Below, piece after piece: positions 8,892 to 18,639 of a stretch of DNA of 64,000 nt; position 1 is the first letter of the stretch; each line of letters opens with the position of its first letter. The position numbers and the translations under genes were made by a program. Where the stretch lies: positions 479 to 64,478 of the forward strand of contig JACRKQ010000024.1 of the NCBI GenBank assembly GCA_016219705.1. The letters are read 5' to 3'. Source of the DNA: Candidatus Saganbacteria bacterium. Its GTDB lineage: Bacteria > Margulisbacteria > WOR-1 > O2-12-FULL-45-9. The notes beneath the pieces were generated by a model. The model worked only from the letters and a program-made list of their open reading frames with translations, did not search any database and was not told the DNA's origin.

Positions 8892-9406
8892 CCGATTATC
8901 TCCAGCATCGTCTCATCATAAATTACCTGTTCCATGGAAGAGCGATTTTGATCGATTAAATCAGCCCGGACCTGGGTTTTAAGTTCATTTAATTCCTCAA
9001 GCGACATCCCCATTAAAGCCAGCTGTTCCATGACGTTACCGACCATCCATTCCGCCACCTTGGCCAGCAAGCGGTTGTGAGAGAAGACATTGCCGTAAGA
9101 GGAGACAAACATTTTCTGGAAACGGCTTTTTAAGTCGACCAGCATCTCCTGGGAGAAGAGGCCGGAGCGGGAGACACGGGCGGAAGTATCGGTGGCGGTT
9201 GAAGTTAAGAGAGATTCAAAGTCAGAGATATTGGCTTTTAAGGTGTGGTCAGCGTTATCAGTCGTCTGCCATTCAAAACCGGACTCGCGCAAAGCTTGCG
9301 TTAAACGGAGAGCTTCCTGCTGCGGCGGCGGTGCAGTTTGCGCTTTACGCGCCGCGTACTCCTTGGGCGCATTGCTAATTCCAACATTTAAAGATAGGTT
9401 ACTCAT
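8888..9406 (-). CDS. Hypothetical protein (172 aa)
   Basis: ORF with a GAGGG SD 5 nt upstream of the ATG. No signal peptide. Confidence 0.7.
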   Translation of the reverse strand: MSNLSLNVGISNAPKEYAARKAQTAPPPQQEALRLTQALRESGFEWQTTDNADHTLKANISDFESLLTSTATDTSARVSRSGLFSQEMLVDLKSRFQKMFVSSYGNVFSHNRLLAKVAEWMVGNVMEQLALMGMSLEELNELKTQVRADLIDQNRSSMEQVIYDETMLEIIG

Positions 9407-9458
9407 AGTTGCCCTCTACATTATATATCGAGATAAAGAGGGAAAAACTTGCAGTAAT

Positions 9459-11597
9459 TTATGCGGTATCTTTTTTATTTTTGGCCAGCAGGGCTTTACT
9501 GTTTTTCGAAAAATTGAGTAGACGCTGACTGTATTTTTGCAAAGATTGTTTGTACTCGTTTGAACCCATTCTATAATCTCGTTGGCGACTGGCAGTCTGA
9601 CGCGCTGGATTTTGACGTTGAGCGCTTCGATTTTGATTATTCCCTCGGACAACAGCTCTTTCTTCTTGAGCTTTCTCCGCTTCGATTTCTTCTTTGCGCT
9701 GATTATGGTCTGCCATATCACTCTTATATTCCACGGAAGCAACTCGACGTGAAGACGATCTTTGCATTAACTGAACAAAATCCAGGTTCTGTCCCCACCT
9801 TAGGAGCATCCCTTGAGCATAAATCGCCCAATTTTGATTATACCTTTCTCCCGCAATCATATCATTGTAAGACAATTGGCTAAACTGGGCAGTAACATAG
9901 TTGGGATGCGGCACCCCTTCGATAGCAGAATTAATGTTTGAGGCAATGCTTCCCTGCCGCCAAAGTTGGTCCATAATATCGGCCCAACCCGCGTCTCGAG
10001 GTGAAACCCATCTAACATCATATACGCCGCTTCCAATTTTTGCCAAAATATCCGGCCCCCATTTTCTGTCCCAGCCATAACTTGGAAAATAGTTTGGATG
10101 ATTGGCTCGCTGTGGTAAAAAGACCGCTAAGGCTGTTTCTCGACTGCCATGAATATTTATAAAACTGATGCGGTTTTCTGGAGCGAAGTTCGCCCAATCA
10201 CTCTCACGAATACTAGAAAAATTATAGACTATGCGCGCTCCTTCCCGCTGCATCTCTTCATTACTGCTATAGCCCTCCCAGGTCGGACGATTGTTTCTCA
10301 ACTCCGTCGCGCCAAACCAACCCTCGATTAAGCGGGAAACAGCATTGTAAGCAGGAAGATTGCTGATCGATCCATCTCGAGTATATCTCTGTCGATAATC
10401 GTATAAGAAACCTCTTCTGGCCGGCCTTTCCACGCCGTTATAACTTTCACGTCCTGCCCATAGAGAAAATTCCCAAAAGCGCTCACGATCTAAAATTGAT
10501 AATTCCGACCCATCGCCTTTTTGTCTCTCATAAAAGGTAGTCATCCTGTTAATGGCAGAGTGTATTATAGGCAAAAACATGGTAAATAATGAAAGCGCGT
10601 GATGGTTAGCTGCCGGATTACTTGAATTAATAAAACGATCAATATTGGTCATCATAGACCTATCATCACGGGTTTGGTTGACCGCCCCAAAAATTTCCGT
10701 CATCATCGCCCAGGCGCGCTCCCGCGATTCATACATAGCCGCGACTAATAATGTCGCGTCGCGCGAGGATAAAGATTGATAACTGCGGTTAATGACAATC
10801 TGATAAAAACTTTTGCCTCTTAAATTAGGATTATTTTCTAAAAGATCTTTTACTTGCTGCCAATTACTTCCAATGGCACCCAGAAAATTACCAACTCGTC
10901 CCGAAGGATCGTTGATAAAATAAGCTTGTTCACCGACAAAGTTGGCTAAAGAATCCAGATTGGTACTATCTTTTTGCCTGATATGGTTCCATTCTGCAGC
11001 TTCCGTTTCAAAATCAAGGTTGCGAAAGGCAGTACCTTGTCCTTGTCCATCAATCATACCGGTTTCACCAGTGCGGTGATGCTGTCCCGCAATCCAGGTT
11101 GGTTGCCGACGGAACCTTGCAAACCCATCCGGATCACCACTACTCATAAGTTCTGGATGTCTTTCCGCCCAAATAATGGTGTCGGCATTAGTATATCGAG
11201 TATCGCCATTTTCATCATGGATATCTCTGATCACGTCTTCGCTCAAACCGATACCACTGGTACGAAAAGCTGTCCGCGCTTCTTCTGCAGAAGAGAAACC
11301 TTCCTCATTAAAAGCCTCCCACCATTGACTGGAAACAGTTGAGGATGTGCGGCCGTGAGCAAAGGTTACCCCGGAATCACCAGCAGGAAGAGCAGCGACA
11401 TTAGTGCTATACATTTTTTGCTCAAACCGGGGTAGAAATTTCATCATTTCCAAACCAAAATTAGCAAGACGCTTAAGATTTGGATCGTACGTTTGAAAAT
11501 TAGTAAAATCAGGACTTTGAGGAAGCAGGCGTTTTCTGGGACGACTGCCCTTTAATTGTTCAAGAGTTGAAGCGCTCGCGTATTTATTACCGAACAT
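9459..11597 (-). CDS. Large hypothetical protein (712 aa), Trp/Arg-rich with a charged C-terminal tail
   Basis: Uninterrupted 2.1-kb ORF, 19 Trp by my count, no signal peptide or TM segment, last ~90 aa Q/R/K/E-rich. Confidence 0.8.
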   Translation of the reverse strand: MFGNKYASASTLEQLKGSRPRKRLLPQSPDFTNFQTYDPNLKRLANFGLEMMKFLPRFEQKMYSTNVAALPAGDSGVTFAHGRTSSTVSSQWWEAFNEEGFSSAEEARTAFRTSGIGLSEDVIRDIHDENGDTRYTNADTIIWAERHPELMSSGDPDGFARFRRQPTWIAGQHHRTGETGMIDGQGQGTAFRNLDFETEAAEWNHIRQKDSTNLDSLANFVGEQAYFINDPSGRVGNFLGAIGSNWQQVKDLLENNPNLRGKSFYQIVINRSYQSLSSRDATLLVAAMYESRERAWAMMTEIFGAVNQTRDDRSMMTNIDRFINSSNPAANHHALSLFTMFLPIIHSAINRMTTFYERQKGDGSELSILDRERFWEFSLWAGRESYNGVERPARRGFLYDYRQRYTRDGSISNLPAYNAVSRLIEGWFGATELRNNRPTWEGYSSNEEMQREGARIVYNFSSIRESDWANFAPENRISFINIHGSRETALAVFLPQRANHPNYFPSYGWDRKWGPDILAKIGSGVYDVRWVSPRDAGWADIMDQLWRQGSIASNINSAIEGVPHPNYVTAQFSQLSYNDMIAGERYNQNWAIYAQGMLLRWGQNLDFVQLMQRSSSRRVASVEYKSDMADHNQRKEEIEAEKAQEERAVVRGNNQNRSAQRQNPARQTASRQRDYRMGSNEYKQSLQKYSQRLLNFSKNSKALLAKNKKDTA

Positions 11598-11626
11598 AAA
11601 GGCTAATTCCCTTCATTATAAATAAG

Positions 11627-11947
11627 CTACCCGCTATTAACAACGTTATTAAGTTTGTTAGGTAGAGTGAGTAAGTCAAATTTGAAATTTTCCAATAACA
11701 AATTATATGCGGTTTCTTGTTCGTTTCGCCAAAGTTCCTGCCACATAGTCGCCGCAACGCCAAATTTTTCTTCTTTCGAGAAAGTTTTTCCGCCTAATTC
11801 TAAAGGCGAAGAAGTATCTGTCAACGATAGTAATAATTTGCCCAATTCAGCTTGAAAATTTCCATAAAATCTTTGTAATTGATTCCGCTGGCCAAAATTA
11901 CGTTCAATCCCAAAATCAGCGACCTGCTCAAATCCTATTGTTGCCAT
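11627..11947 (-). CDS. Hypothetical protein (106 aa)
   Basis: ORF with an AAGGAG SD 9 nt upstream of the ATG. Sits directly downstream of the terminator of the 110-aa gene. Confidence 0.65.
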   Translation of the reverse strand: MATIGFEQVADFGIERNFGQRNQLQRFYGNFQAELGKLLLSLTDTSSPLELGGKTFSKEEKFGVAATMWQELWRNEQETAYNLLLENFKFDLLTLPNKLNNVVNSG

Positions 11948-11988
11948 AATTAATTTCTCCTTTTTCCCATCTTTTCATCTTATTAGTT

Positions 11989-12021
11989 AAAATAAAAAGA
12001 TGGTCCGCCTAACGGCGGACC
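11989..12021 (-). terminator. Intrinsic terminator after the 110-aa gene
   Basis: Perfect 8-bp stem GGTCCGCC/GGCGGACC (12002-12021) with a 4-nt loop, followed on the minus strand by AUCUUUUUAUUUU. Confidence 0.75.
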
Positions 12022-12026
12022 ATTTA

Positions 12027-12359
12027 TTATGATTGTTGGAGCTTAGCTTGCGTACTTTTTCTCGCGTTAATCCAACCCGTTATAACACCAGTTGCGTTGG
12101 CAAGAATATTTTGAATCTTGTCTTTCACTGCTTCAATCAAGGTAACACCACTGGTTCCCCCGATATTGGCTACTTTTCCATCAAGGGTAAAATCGCCCAG
12201 TTGATACCTCGTACCGTCAGGATTCAAAGAAGTATCAGTGGCTGTTGTATTGCTTGAGATTGCACGTGATGCGTTGATAATGGTTGTCAACATATTAAGC
12301 TGTTCATTATCCATCATTCTGGCATTATTTACCGCGTCTCCTATAATTTGTGATACCAT
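12027..12359 (-). CDS. Small hypothetical protein (110 aa), S/T/N-rich centre, helical ends
   Basis: Very strong SD GAGGAGGTGA 7 nt upstream of the ATG, plus its own terminator. Confidence 0.75.
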   Translation of the reverse strand: MVSQIIGDAVNNARMMDNEQLNMLTTIINASRAISSNTTATDTSLNPDGTRYQLGDFTLDGKVANIGGTSGVTLIEAVKDKIQNILANATGVITGWINARKSTQAKLQQS

Positions 12360-12450
12360 ATTGTTTCACCTCCTCTTTTTCTAAATTTTCTTTCCATCTT
12401 CTTCCCCATCCACTTCTACTATCGCATCAACCAACCAGAAACTTGCATGC

Positions 12451-12705
12451 TTAAACGAGGGAATTAAAATTTACTCCCGGTAGCTGCTGGCCGGAAATGT
12501 TAGACATGTAGTTCGTGACATCCTGCGGATTTATTTTTTGCGCCGCAGCCATCTGTCCGCCATCGCCTAAGGGATTATTTTTTTGGCCTAACGTTTGGTC
12601 AACACGGTTGGCTAGTTGCTCGAGTAAATTATTAGCGCCGGAGGCTTCATCTGAACCGCGGCCGATTTGATTCGTGTTGTTGTTATAAGAGGTATTGATG
12701 TTCAT
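12451..12705 (-). CDS. Small hypothetical protein (84 aa), N/Q/G-rich
   Basis: ATG at 12705 is preceded by an AGGTGA SD at 8 nt. The GTG start at 12717 in the ORF track lies inside that SD. Confidence 0.65.
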   Translation of the reverse strand: MNINTSYNNNTNQIGRGSDEASGANNLLEQLANRVDQTLGQKNNPLGDGGQMAAAQKINPQDVTNYMSNISGQQLPGVNFNSLV

Positions 12706-12811
12706 AATGTTCTTCACCTATATTATCGTAGTGAGAAAAAAAAAACTTGCGCCGACTTAACTCAAAATGCCAAACAGCCTAATTTTGTGTTAGAATATCA
12801 GCAAGTAAGAT

Positions 12812-13612
12812 ATGCCTATCCAAGAAAAGCGCCGGATTCTGGAACACCAGCAGATTGCTCCCCAGCAGTACAAATTAACTATTTCGTCCCCCTACATTTC
12901 AGCCAACGCTCAACCAGGTCAATTCGTTCAGGTTCGCATCTCTTCCGAATTTGATCCTCTCCTGCGCCGCCCTTTATCAATCCATCGCCATTCAATTAAA
13001 CATAAAAGTTTTGAGCTTCTATACGAAGTTATCGGTAAGGGAACAGAACTATTGTCGCAAGCCAGCGTCGGCTCTGAACTGGATATTCTGGGTCCTCTTG
13101 GTAAAAGTTTTATGATTAATCAATCTGAAGTCGCCATTCTGGTCGGCGGCGGCATGGGTTCAGCCCCTCTCCTTATGTTAGCTGAAACTTTAAAAGCCGG
13201 ACCAAAGAAAAAAGCTATCTACGTAATTTTAGGCGCCAAAACCAAAGAGAGAATCATAGAAGAAAATATTTTTCGCGAGGCTGCCAACGAAGTCGTCATC
13301 GCCACCGATGATGGCAGTTATGGTCAGCATGGTTTTGTCTCCGACGTCTTAATTAATCTGCTGGAAAATGTCGTGACTCCCAACCACTATTCACAAACAA
13401 CTATTTATGCTTGTGGCCCGCACGTGATGCTGCACGCTATCGCTGATCTAACCTTTCAAAAACAAATTGCTTGCCAGGTCTCGATGGAACAAAAGATGGC
13501 CTGCGGCATTGGGACCTGTCTTGGCTGTGTGATTAAAACTCGATCGGGATATAAAAAAGTTTGTGATGAAGGCCCCGTCTTTGACGCCAAGGAGATTGAA
13601 TGGCAGGTTTAG
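12812..13612 (+). CDS. pyrK: Dihydroorotate dehydrogenase (class 1B) electron-transfer subunit
   Basis: FAD/NAD-binding fold motifs (RRPLSI, GGGMGSAPL) and a C-terminal 2Fe-2S cluster, CGIGTCLGC. Adjacent to pyrD. Confidence 0.9.
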   Translation: MPIQEKRRILEHQQIAPQQYKLTISSPYISANAQPGQFVQVRISSEFDPLLRRPLSIHRHSIKHKSFELLYEVIGKGTELLSQASVGSELDILGPLGKSFMINQSEVAILVGGGMGSAPLLMLAETLKAGPKKKAIYVILGAKTKERIIEENIFREAANEVVIATDDGSYGQHGFVSDVLINLLENVVTPNHYSQTTIYACGPHVMLHAIADLTFQKQIACQVSMEQKMACGIGTCLGCVIKTRSGYKKVCDEGPVFDAKEIEWQV

Positions 13613-14511
13613 AGTTAGAATTCGCAGGGATCAAGATGAAAAATCCGGTCATGGTTGCGTCAGGGACCTTTGGTTACGGAGAAGAAGCGGCTAATTTTGT
13701 TGATCTGGATAAGCTGGGAGCAATCGTCACCAAAACCATCACGCTAAATTCGCAGGAAGGCAATCCACCGCCACGAATTTGTGAAACTGCTTCCGGAATG
13801 TTGAACTCCATCGGTCTGCAAAATAAAGGGATCAAAGATTTTATTGAACAACGTCTCCCCTTTCTTGCTAAATTCAAAACTCCGGTCATCGCCAATATCG
13901 CCGGAGAAACGGTGAAGGAATTTATCGAGCTGGCCAGAATCTTAAATAAAGAACCATTGGTCAAGGGTTTAGAGATTAATATCTCCTGCCCCAACGTCAG
14001 CCACGGCGGTATGTTCTTCTGCTTTGATCCAAAAGCCACGTTTGCCGTTATTGAAGCTATTCGCAAAGCCACTAGCCTGCCCCTAATCGCCAAACTTTCG
14101 CCCAACGTTACCGATATTGCCATGATTGCTAAAGAGGCAGAGAAAGCTGGGGCTGATGCGATTTCCTTAATCAACACCCTCTGGGGAATGGCAATCGATA
14201 TTAACACCTGGAAACCAAAACTGGGAATGCCGACGGGGGGGCTTTCCGGTCCGGCGATAAAACCGGTCGCCATCCGTCAGGTTTGGCAAGTGGCTAAAGC
14301 AGTTAAAATCCCAGTGATCGGAGTAGGTGGAATTATGACAGGAGATGATGCAATTGAATTCTTCCTGGCTGGAGCAACCGCCGTTCAAGTCGGCACAGCC
14401 AATTTTGTCGATACCCAAGCGCCAATTAGGATTGTTGAAGAGATAAAAGCTTATTTAGCCAAGAATAATCTGGAAGATTATAAAGAATTGATTGGGAAGG
14501 TTATTGTTTAG
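13600..14511 (+). CDS. pyrD: Dihydroorotate dehydrogenase catalytic subunit (class 1B)
   Basis: NPVMVASGTFGYG, INISCPNV, GGLSGPAIKPVA and GVGGI motifs. Confidence 0.93.
   Translation: MAGLELEFAGIKMKNPVMVASGTFGYGEEAANFVDLDKLGAIVTKTITLNSQEGNPPPRICETASGMLNSIGLQNKGIKDFIEQRLPFLAKFKTPVIANIAGETVKEFIELARILNKEPLVKGLEINISCPNVSHGGMFFCFDPKATFAVIEAIRKATSLPLIAKLSPNVTDIAMIAKEAEKAGADAISLINTLWGMAIDINTWKPKLGMPTGGLSGPAIKPVAIRQVWQVAKAVKIPVIGVGGIMTGDDAIEFFLAGATAVQVGTANFVDTQAPIRIVEEIKAYLAKNNLEDYKELIGKVIV
14463..14505. repeat. Direct repeat copy 1 (3' end of pyrD)
   Basis: 43 bp. Matches 15329-15370 with one substitution and one 1-nt indel; the last 27 bp are identical. Confidence 0.9.
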
Positions 14512-14701
14512 AAGCTCTCTTACTTTGTCTTACTTTATCAACAATTTTACCATTAGGCATTAAATAAACAATTTTCCCGTTTTGCATAAATACAGCTGGA
14601 ACCCCCAATCGCTGATGTTCTTTAAGCGCTTTTTTGACCGCTTCTTTGAAGGCTTTTTCCGCCATTAAGCTATATTTATCCATTTTTTGCTTACTAATCA
14701 T
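14501..14701 (-). CDS. Small protein (66 aa) partnered with the zeta-like ATPase
   Basis: 8-nt overlap with the upstream ATPase gene. Basic ends, no known motif. Confidence 0.55.
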   Translation of the reverse strand: MISKQKMDKYSLMAEKAFKEAVKKALKEHQRLGVPAVFMQNGKIVYLMPNGKIVDKVRQSKRASKQ

Positions 14702-15290
14702 TGATCATTCCCTGCGCTAAAGAAGTTAAAAAATATTCGTAATAATCAGTATTATACACTTTTAACCCCTCTTTCGTATGATTGGCCACTATTTTTGGCG
14801 CTTGGCTGGAATTATCAAAAAGAGACCAATTATCAGCCAAATTTTTGTAAACGTGCCAGAAGTTGCCGCGGGCTCTTTTATATCTTCTGCGAATTGTCTC
14901 TTCAGGAATATCGTGCCCGCCCGTTTCCACTCGATATTTTACTCGAGAGACAGATAAATCATCTGAAGTTAAATCCAGAAAAAAAACATAAATTTTATAC
15001 CCGGCATTTTTAAGCTCATCAATCAAAGTTAACCATTTTCTTCCGGCCAACGTAGTTTCAAAACCAAACGATTCCTCGTTTTTCTTATACTCAGCAATAA
15101 GTTCCAACATCAATCGCCCTGACTTAATATTCATGGCAGAATAATCAAAAGGGGAAAGACCAACTGCAATATCATCGGCATTCACAAAGTTTTTTACATT
15201 GACATATTTTGGAAGAAACTGCTTTACAAAAGTGGTTTTTCCAGAACCATTGGGCCCGCCGACTATATAAACCTCTCTGCTTCCATTCAC
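14694..15290 (-). CDS. Zeta-toxin-like / AAA-type P-loop kinase (198 aa)
   Basis: Walker A GGPNGSGKTT near the N-terminus. Size and layout match zeta-toxin/COG4185-like ATPases. AT-rich. Confidence 0.7.
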   Translation of the reverse strand: MNGSREVYIVGGPNGSGKTTFVKQFLPKYVNVKNFVNADDIAVGLSPFDYSAMNIKSGRLMLELIAEYKKNEESFGFETTLAGRKWLTLIDELKNAGYKIYVFFLDLTSDDLSVSRVKYRVETGGHDIPEETIRRRYKRARGNFWHVYKNLADNWSLFDNSSQAPKIVANHTKEGLKVYNTDYYEYFLTSLAQGMIND

Positions 15291-15328
15291 ACAGTAATTA
15301 TACCCTATTTTTATTGATCAAAAAATCA

Positions 15329-15370
15329 GAATAATCTGGAACATATAAAGAATTGATTGGGAAGGTTATT
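15329..15370. repeat. Direct repeat copy 2 (abuts the pyrG stop codon)
   Basis: Matches 14463-14505. Confidence 0.9.
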
Positions 15371-17004
15371 TACTTCGCCTTAAACAGCGCCACTTGCTCT
15401 TCCAGTCTATCCGCTGCGGCTTTCACAAAACCGGCAAACAGAGGATGCGGACGAGTCGGCCGCGATTTAAATTCCGGATGATACTGCGTCGCTAAAAACC
15501 AGGGGTGCGTTGGTAATTCTACAACTTCCACCAAATTCATCTCCGGATTAATTCCAGAGAGAACTAACCCTGCCCCAGTAATCTCTTGAGTATAAGCGTT
15601 ATTAAATTCATAGCGGTGGCGATGACGCTCTTCAATTTTATCGACTTTGTAAAGTTTATGAAGCAGCGTATCCTTTTTGATCTTACAAGCGTAAGCCCCC
15701 AGCCTCATTGTCCCACCCTTATCAGAGATTTTTTTCTGCTCTTCCATAATATCAATCACCGGATATTTGGTTTGTGGATCAAACTCCGCCGAATGGGCCC
15801 CTTTCATCTTACAAACATTGCGGGCAAACTCGATAACCGCGCATTGCATCCCCAAACATAAACCTAAAAACGGAATATTATTTTCCCGCGCGTAGCGGAT
15901 TGCCCGAATCTTCCCCTCAATTCCCCGGGCGCCAAAGCCCCCGGGAATAACCAGACCGTTAACATCTCGAAAAATAGGCTCTAAATCTTCTATCGACTCT
16001 AATTCTTCGGCATTAATAAATTTTAATGCTACTTTAGTATTATGCAAAACCCCTCCATGTTTTAACGCTTCCACAATGCTAATGTAGGAATCTTCCAGGG
16101 CCGTATATTTACCAACAATGGCAATTGTCACTTTCTTATCCGGATTCTTCATCTTCTGGACCATTTCCGCCCACTCAGACAGTTCCCCCTTCTTAACCGG
16201 CAGGGCTAAATATTTCAGCACGATATCATCGAGCCCTTGGCGTTCTAGCACAAGAGGGACATCATAAAGGAAAGGCACATCGGCCAAACCGACCACGGCC
16301 TCTTTATCAACATCACAAAAGAGGGAAATTTTTTCTTTCAATTCCAGGCTGACCGGATCACGCGAGCGGCAAATAATAATATCTGGTTGGATCCCAATTT
16401 CGCGTAATTTCATCACACTGTGCTGGGTCGGCTTGGTTTTAAATTCATGTGTCGTATCCAAAAAAGGAATTAGTGTCACATGAAGATTAATACAATTATC
16501 ACGACCAACTTCTTTGCGGAATTGACGGATCGCTTCTAGAAACGGCAAGCTTTCAATATCGCCGACGGTCCCCCCAATCTCACAAATGATAACATCAAAT
16601 TTATTAGTTTTAGAAACCGCTCTGATACGATCTTTTATTTCGTTAGTAATATGTGGCACAACTTGAATCGTGCCGCCTAAATAATCACCACGTCGCTCAC
16701 GGGTAATGACTTCCCAATAGACAATCCCGGTAGTAACGTTATTTGACCGCCCCATGTTCACGTCAATAAAACGCTCGTAATGGCCTAAATCCAGATCCGT
16801 TTCCGCTCCATCTTCGGTCACAAAAACTTCTCCGTGTTGATAAGGGTTCATTGTTCCAGGATCAACATTAAGATAGGGATCAAGCTTTTGGATCGTCACA
16901 CTAATCCCGCGCGCCTTTAATAAGCGGCCCAGTGAAGCGGCCGTAATCCCTTTACCTAAAGAGCTGACTACTCCACCAGTTATAAAAATATATTTCGCCG
17001 TCAT
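15370..17004 (-). CDS. pyrG: CTP synthase
   Basis: [16 protein letters not shown], a GATase GLCLGMQ Cys and a full-length 544 aa. Confidence 0.97.
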   Translation of the reverse strand: MTAKYIFITGGVVSSLGKGITAASLGRLLKARGISVTIQKLDPYLNVDPGTMNPYQHGEVFVTEDGAETDLDLGHYERFIDVNMGRSNNVTTGIVYWEVITRERRGDYLGGTIQVVPHITNEIKDRIRAVSKTNKFDVIICEIGGTVGDIESLPFLEAIRQFRKEVGRDNCINLHVTLIPFLDTTHEFKTKPTQHSVMKLREIGIQPDIIICRSRDPVSLELKEKISLFCDVDKEAVVGLADVPFLYDVPLVLERQGLDDIVLKYLALPVKKGELSEWAEMVQKMKNPDKKVTIAIVGKYTALEDSYISIVEALKHGGVLHNTKVALKFINAEELESIEDLEPIFRDVNGLVIPGGFGARGIEGKIRAIRYARENNIPFLGLCLGMQCAVIEFARNVCKMKGAHSAEFDPQTKYPVIDIMEEQKKISDKGGTMRLGAYACKIKKDTLLHKLYKVDKIEERHRHRYEFNNAYTQEITGAGLVLSGINPEMNLVEVVELPTHPWFLATQYHPEFKSRPTRPHPLFAGFVKAAADRLEEQVALFKAK

Positions 17005-18287
17005 CCACCAACTCCTTCCTCACTGGCTGTGTGCTCTAATTTGACAATCCTGACCCTGGTGATGCGGCGCCGATGGATCCGTTCTACGCTTAATAAAAGT
17101 TTCTCCAGCCGAATGTTTTGTCCAACCGACGGAGCTTTGCCAAGCTGCGCGAACACAAAACCGCCCAGCGTATCAACTGCCTGCTCTTCAACCGGCAAAG
17201 CAATCTGCAAACGCTCATTAACATCGCTCAAGGACATTCGTCCATCGACGATAAAAATATTCGGCTCTATCTTTTCAATCATTTTTTCTTCCCGTTCAAA
17301 TTCATCATGAATCTCTCCGATAATCTCTTCAATCAGGTCTTCCATAGTCACCAGCCCGGCAGAGACGCCATACTCATCAACAATAACCGCCATATGGGTG
17401 CGAGCAACCTGCATCTCATGTAAAAGTTCAGAAACTTTTTTGGTTTCAGGAACAAAAATTGCCGGACGCATAATGTCTTTGAGGCTTGTTTCCGGCGCAG
17501 ATTTCAAGACATCTTTTGCATAAATCACGCCAATAATATTGTCGAGGTTGCTCTCATAGATTGGCAGGCGCGAATGCCCCGATTCAATAATTAAATTTTT
17601 TGCCTCATCCAAATTATTATCTGATGAGATGGCCGCGATATCAGGTCGCGGAGTCATCACTTCCCTGGCAATGGTATCGCCAAACTCAAAAATAGAGGTG
17701 ATCATCTGGCGCTCTTCCTCTTCAATCACCCCTTCTTTCTCGCCAGCCGCCAGGATCAGGCGAATTTCTTCTTCGGTGATAAACGGTCCATGTTCCGGCG
17801 CCTGTCCGCCAAAGAGATAGATAAAAGGACGGATAAAAAAACCGATAGTGTAAGCAACCGGCCGGATGATAATTTCTAAGACTAAAATAACCGGCGCCAC
17901 AGAAAGAGAAACCTTTTCGGCCCGATGGAGGGCAATAGTTTTCGGGATAATCTCGCCAAACGCCAGGATTAAAAGGGTCATTATCCCTGTAGCAATACCG
18001 ACAGCCAGACCAATACGCTGCCAGCCGTGCTGTTCACAGAATTGAATGACCAGCGCTGTCGCCAGCGCCGAAGCAGTGATATTGGCGACATTATTGCCGA
18101 TCAGGATCGTCGAGAGCATTTCAGCCGGCTTGGCTTTAATCTCGCTTAAAATCTTCGCCCCCCGCACCTTTTGTTCAATGAGGCGGTTGACGCGCAGCCG
18201 CGACAGACTAACAATCGCCGTCTCTGACAGCGAAAAGAAAGCTGATAAAGCAATGAGAATCGCTAATAAAATTAATCCGGTTGCCAT
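17001..18287 (-). CDS. CNNM/TlyC-family transporter-associated protein (DUF21 + CBS pair + CorC_HlyC)
   Basis: N-terminal TM helices, a CBS-pair region and a C-terminal CorC/HlyC-like domain. ATGA overlap with pyrG. Confidence 0.85.
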   Translation of the reverse strand: MATGLILLAILIALSAFFSLSETAIVSLSRLRVNRLIEQKVRGAKILSEIKAKPAEMLSTILIGNNVANITASALATALVIQFCEQHGWQRIGLAVGIATGIMTLLILAFGEIIPKTIALHRAEKVSLSVAPVILVLEIIIRPVAYTIGFFIRPFIYLFGGQAPEHGPFITEEEIRLILAAGEKEGVIEEEERQMITSIFEFGDTIAREVMTPRPDIAAISSDNNLDEAKNLIIESGHSRLPIYESNLDNIIGVIYAKDVLKSAPETSLKDIMRPAIFVPETKKVSELLHEMQVARTHMAVIVDEYGVSAGLVTMEDLIEEIIGEIHDEFEREEKMIEKIEPNIFIVDGRMSLSDVNERLQIALPVEEQAVDTLGGFVFAQLGKAPSVGQNIRLEKLLLSVERIHRRRITRVRIVKLEHTASEEGVGG

Positions 18288-18288
18288 T

Positions 18289-18639
18289 TTAAATTATCCT
18301 CGGCCAAAAAATTACCCCCCCAACGACGATCGCCCCCGCCGCCGCCAGCAAGACCGCCGCCGCTGACAGATTTTTTACCAATCCCGCCTGCTCATGCTGG
18401 TCAGGCGAAACCAGGTCGACCAGGACCTCGAGCGCCGTGTTAAATATCTCCGCCACCACCACTCCAAAAATCGTCAGAACCAGAATAGCCAGTTCCAGGC
18501 GGTTAAGTTTTAAGCAGACCGCTGCGACTAAGACAATTCCCCCGATACTAAGATGGATCCAAATATTGCGCTGGGTTTGCAGCGCATGTTTGACCCCAAC
18601 CTGGGCATATTTAAAACTTTTGATAAATTTTTTCGGCAT
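18289..18639 (-). CDS. dgkA: Diacylglycerol/undecaprenol kinase family membrane protein
   Basis: 116 aa with three TM segments and a motif pattern around FNTALE typical of DgkA. Confidence 0.8.
   Translation of the reverse strand: MPKKFIKSFKYAQVGVKHALQTQRNIWIHLSIGGIVLVAAVCLKLNRLELAILVLTIFGVVVAEIFNTALEVLVDLVSPDQHEQAGLVKNLSAAAVLLAAAGAIVVGGVIFWPRII

Noticed and set aside
12360-12450. The 91-nt spacer between the 84-aa and 110-aa genes considered as a small RNA or riboswitch.
   Set aside because: It is pyrimidine-rich on the plus strand with no convincing stems or conserved motif that I can recognise. It is more simply the promoter and 5' UTR of the 110-aa gene.
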